A stretch of DNA of 20,000 nucleotides from Elsinoe ampelina (taxonomy: Eukaryota), in assembly GCA_010093995.1 (NCBI GenBank), contig ML992505.1, positions 987,832 to 1,007,831 of the forward strand. The letters are read 5' to 3'. The number at the start of each line of letters is the position of its first letter. Position 1 is the first letter of the stretch. The position numbers were made by a program, and so were the translations under genes. Shown in pieces: positions 17,684 through 20,000 of this stretch. The notes beneath the pieces are model-generated. The model had not been told where the DNA came from and did not search any database. It saw only the letters and a list, made by a program, of their open reading frames with translations.

Positions 17684-19668
17684 CTAAATAGCTATAAGTC
17701 TATTATAGCTAGTTAGTAGACTACTAACTCGAGGGATAGCTATTGTAAGAAGACTTTATACCTCCCTAGAGGAAGTAACTTAGTAAGTCTATCTACTAGT
17801 GTATCTGCTAAGGGAGTCTAGTCTATAGAGATAGGGCCTCCTAGAGTGATCTCTTACCTTAGCTAGTAATAGTAGATATCTACATAGCGTAGATGTATAT
17901 TAAGCTTCTTAATTAGATTAGTGATAAGGCTAATAGTTTACTAGTTGTTACACTAAATGCTAATATTCCTTAGTAGATAGATAGCAGCCATTAGCCTCCT
18001 CTACTACATAGCTTGCTTAGTAGTCTCTATAAGAGTAAGTAGTTTAGCCTCTATACTAGAAGTGGTAACAGTTAGCTGCTTTATAGCTTTCTAATCTATA
18101 GAGCCTTAGAACAGCTTAAATAGATACCCCTAAAGGCTCTTCCTTAAAGGGTAACTTCTAAAGCTAGCATCTAATAAGGCTTAGAAGATTAGTAGTAGTA
18201 TTAAGCCATTAAAGGTAAGAGCTAGATCTCTAGTCTTATAGAGATACTAGATTACTCTATTCGCTAGCCTTTAGTGTATTAGTAAAGGATTTATTAGATG
18301 CTTTAACAATCTAGAAGCAGTAAAGGCAACATTAGGCCTAGTAATAACAGCTGCAAAATTAATAGATTCTATCTTCTACTAATATAGATAGATCTCCTAT
18401 AGTGATACTTAGCCCTTATTTAGCTAGATTATCTCTATTAGTAGAGGTGTTAATACTAGCCTTATTAGTTCTATAATAAACTTACTATACATCTATTGTA
18501 AGTACTAGGCTTAGCTAAGCTATAGCCTCCTTATAGACCTATCCCTTATAACTTAGATAGCAAGGAACTAGCTTAGATCTCTAAGCATCTTTATCTTATA
18601 CTTAGCATATAGGGCTATAATAATAGCATTAGCCTTGCCCTTATACTTCTTAAGGTATATAATAGTAATATTATCTACAAAGAAGAAGATTATTACCTTA
18701 GGGGTTAGCTAGAGGTATAGAGCCTTAGGGGCCTAAGTGAATTTAAGATTCTTTAGTATAGTAGTGAATTCTATATACTAGAGAGCTAGTACTTATTTAA
18801 GGCTATAGAGTGCCTTCTTTAGTAGGAGAATTATATTAGATAATACTATACTAGGATAGTCCTTTATAAGCACCTCTAGTATAAGCTTAAATCTAGGTAG
18901 GATAGTATAGTAGGTTGTCTTATTAATAGGACTATTAATATAAGTATTAATAATATTTATCTAGATAGCCTCTATATCCTTATAAGCAAGGAGAGCTATA
19001 AGCATTCTAAAAATCTTAGCAGCTAATATAGCTATATAAGTCTTTAAATCTATAGATTAAAGATTACCCCTTATATAAAGCTTTACCTTATGTTTAATAA
19101 CTTCTCCTTTGTTATTAGTCTTATATATAAAGACCTAGGTTAGTGGCACTAGCTTCCCTATAGCTTAAGATGTAAGTATAATAGTCTAAGTGTCTTTTAA
19201 ATAGAGGGTAAGTAATTCTACCTTTATTGCTTATTAGAATTACTCCCTATAAGAATAAGCTTATAGCTCCCTAATATTAGCTAGTAGTAGAGGTAGATTA
19301 TCCCTTAGTTCTAGCTTTAGCTAGATTAGCTTTATTAATAGATAAGCATTAAAAGCTTAATAATATCTAGGAGCCTCCTAAGGCTATATAAGACTAGTAA
19401 TATAGGCCTACCTTCTTAGTTTCCTAGTCCTTCTTATTGTAAGGATATACTTAGGTAATAGGTTAGCTAACCTTATAGTAATTCTTCTTCTAGGCTATTT
19501 AGGCTCCTTAGTTACCCCTTTAGCTAGGGCTTCTACCTTACTCCTTACAGTTTTAGCTTTAGATAGAGGTAAAGGCTATATAGCTGTTAAGGGTAGAGAG
19601 GCTAGAGTATTATAGAACTGCTCTACTAATGTAGCCTCCTAGATCTAAGCCGGGTTTAGCTCTAGGGT

Positions 19669-19759
19669 CTATAACTGTAATAATAGACTATAATTATCTA
19701 GTAGAGGTAATAGAGCCTATTAAGCCTATAACTGTAATAATAAACTATAATTATTTAGT
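19669..19759. repeat. Direct repeat, 2 x 34 bp with a 57-bp period, inside the retroelement
   Basis: ctataactgtaataatagactataattatctagt (19669-19702) versus ctataactgtaataataaactataattatttagt (19726-19759). Two differences, both transitions. Confidence 0.85.
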
Positions 19760-19778
19760 TCCTTAGTTAGAATCTGCT

Positions 19779-19850
19779 AAACTAGATTCTAAGCTAGATT
19801 CCGAACTAGATTCTAAACTAGATTCTAAACTAGATTCTAAACTAGATTCT
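19779..19850. repeat. 12-bp tandem repeat, 6 copies (AAACTAGATTCT), inside the retroelement
   Basis: Units start at 19779, 19791, 19803, 19815, 19827 and 19839. The variants (aagctagattcc, gaactagattct) differ only by transitions. Confidence 0.92.
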
Positions 19851-20000
19851 GTAGTATAGATAGGCCTTTAGTTACCTCTTTAGTTTAAGGTATATTCTCC
19901 TTAACTTCCTATAGTAGTCTTAGTAGATTAAGTAGTCTAATAGGCTAAGGCTAAGGCTACTCCTCTAGCTTATAGAACTAAGTCTTATTAAATCTAACAT

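Larger units (their letters stand above)
17479..20000 (-). mobile_element. RIP-inactivated Ty1/Copia LTR retrotransposon (3' half; continues past the right edge)
   Basis: AT-rich with a large TpA excess and CpA/TpG depletion. Minus-strand remnants: VPLT*VFIYK..KHKVKLYIRGNL* (RT start, about 19150-19045), KKALYSLK* (18819-18793, i.e. KALYGLKQ), FFFVDNI (18687-18667, i.e. F/YVDD), DASF, TSSIEAKLL (SSTEAE), CNN**T (CDNQQT), LRYVDIYYY*LR*E (HVDIHHHWLRQE), VDRLTK (ADGLTK). RT then RNase H then LTR with no integrase after RNase H is the Copia order. Confidence 0.93.

Noticed and set aside
19779..19850. CRISPR-like array
   Set aside because: Head-to-tail 12-mers without spacers, in a eukaryotic retrotransposon context.

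Overview
Eukaryotic DNA from a filamentous ascomycete (Pezizomycotina, probably a Dothideomycete; inferred from 47-50 nt GT-AG introns with CTRAY branch sites and from RIP damage). Bases 1-17.3 kb are gene-dense. In order they carry: an FG-nucleoporin NUP159 (minus strand, runs off the left edge, absent from the ORF track), divergent proteasome beta-2 PUP1, ARP4, sorting nexin SNX4/ATG24, DNA polymerase eta, a homocysteine S-methyltransferase that closely resembles bacterial MmuM, an F-box-like protein, and a small secreted HExxH protein. At about 17,479 the sequence switches abruptly to an AT-rich, RIP-destroyed Ty1/Copia LTR retrotransposon (minus strand; LTR, polypurine tract, RNase H and RT remnants are readable). 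No multi-gene novel system is evident. The best leads are a possible bacterial origin of the MmuM-like gene, an effector-like secreted zincin about 200 bp from the RIP block, a 158-aa in-frame N-terminal extension of SNX4 carrying an Atg8-interacting-type motif, and an oversized hairpin-containing ARP4 intron.
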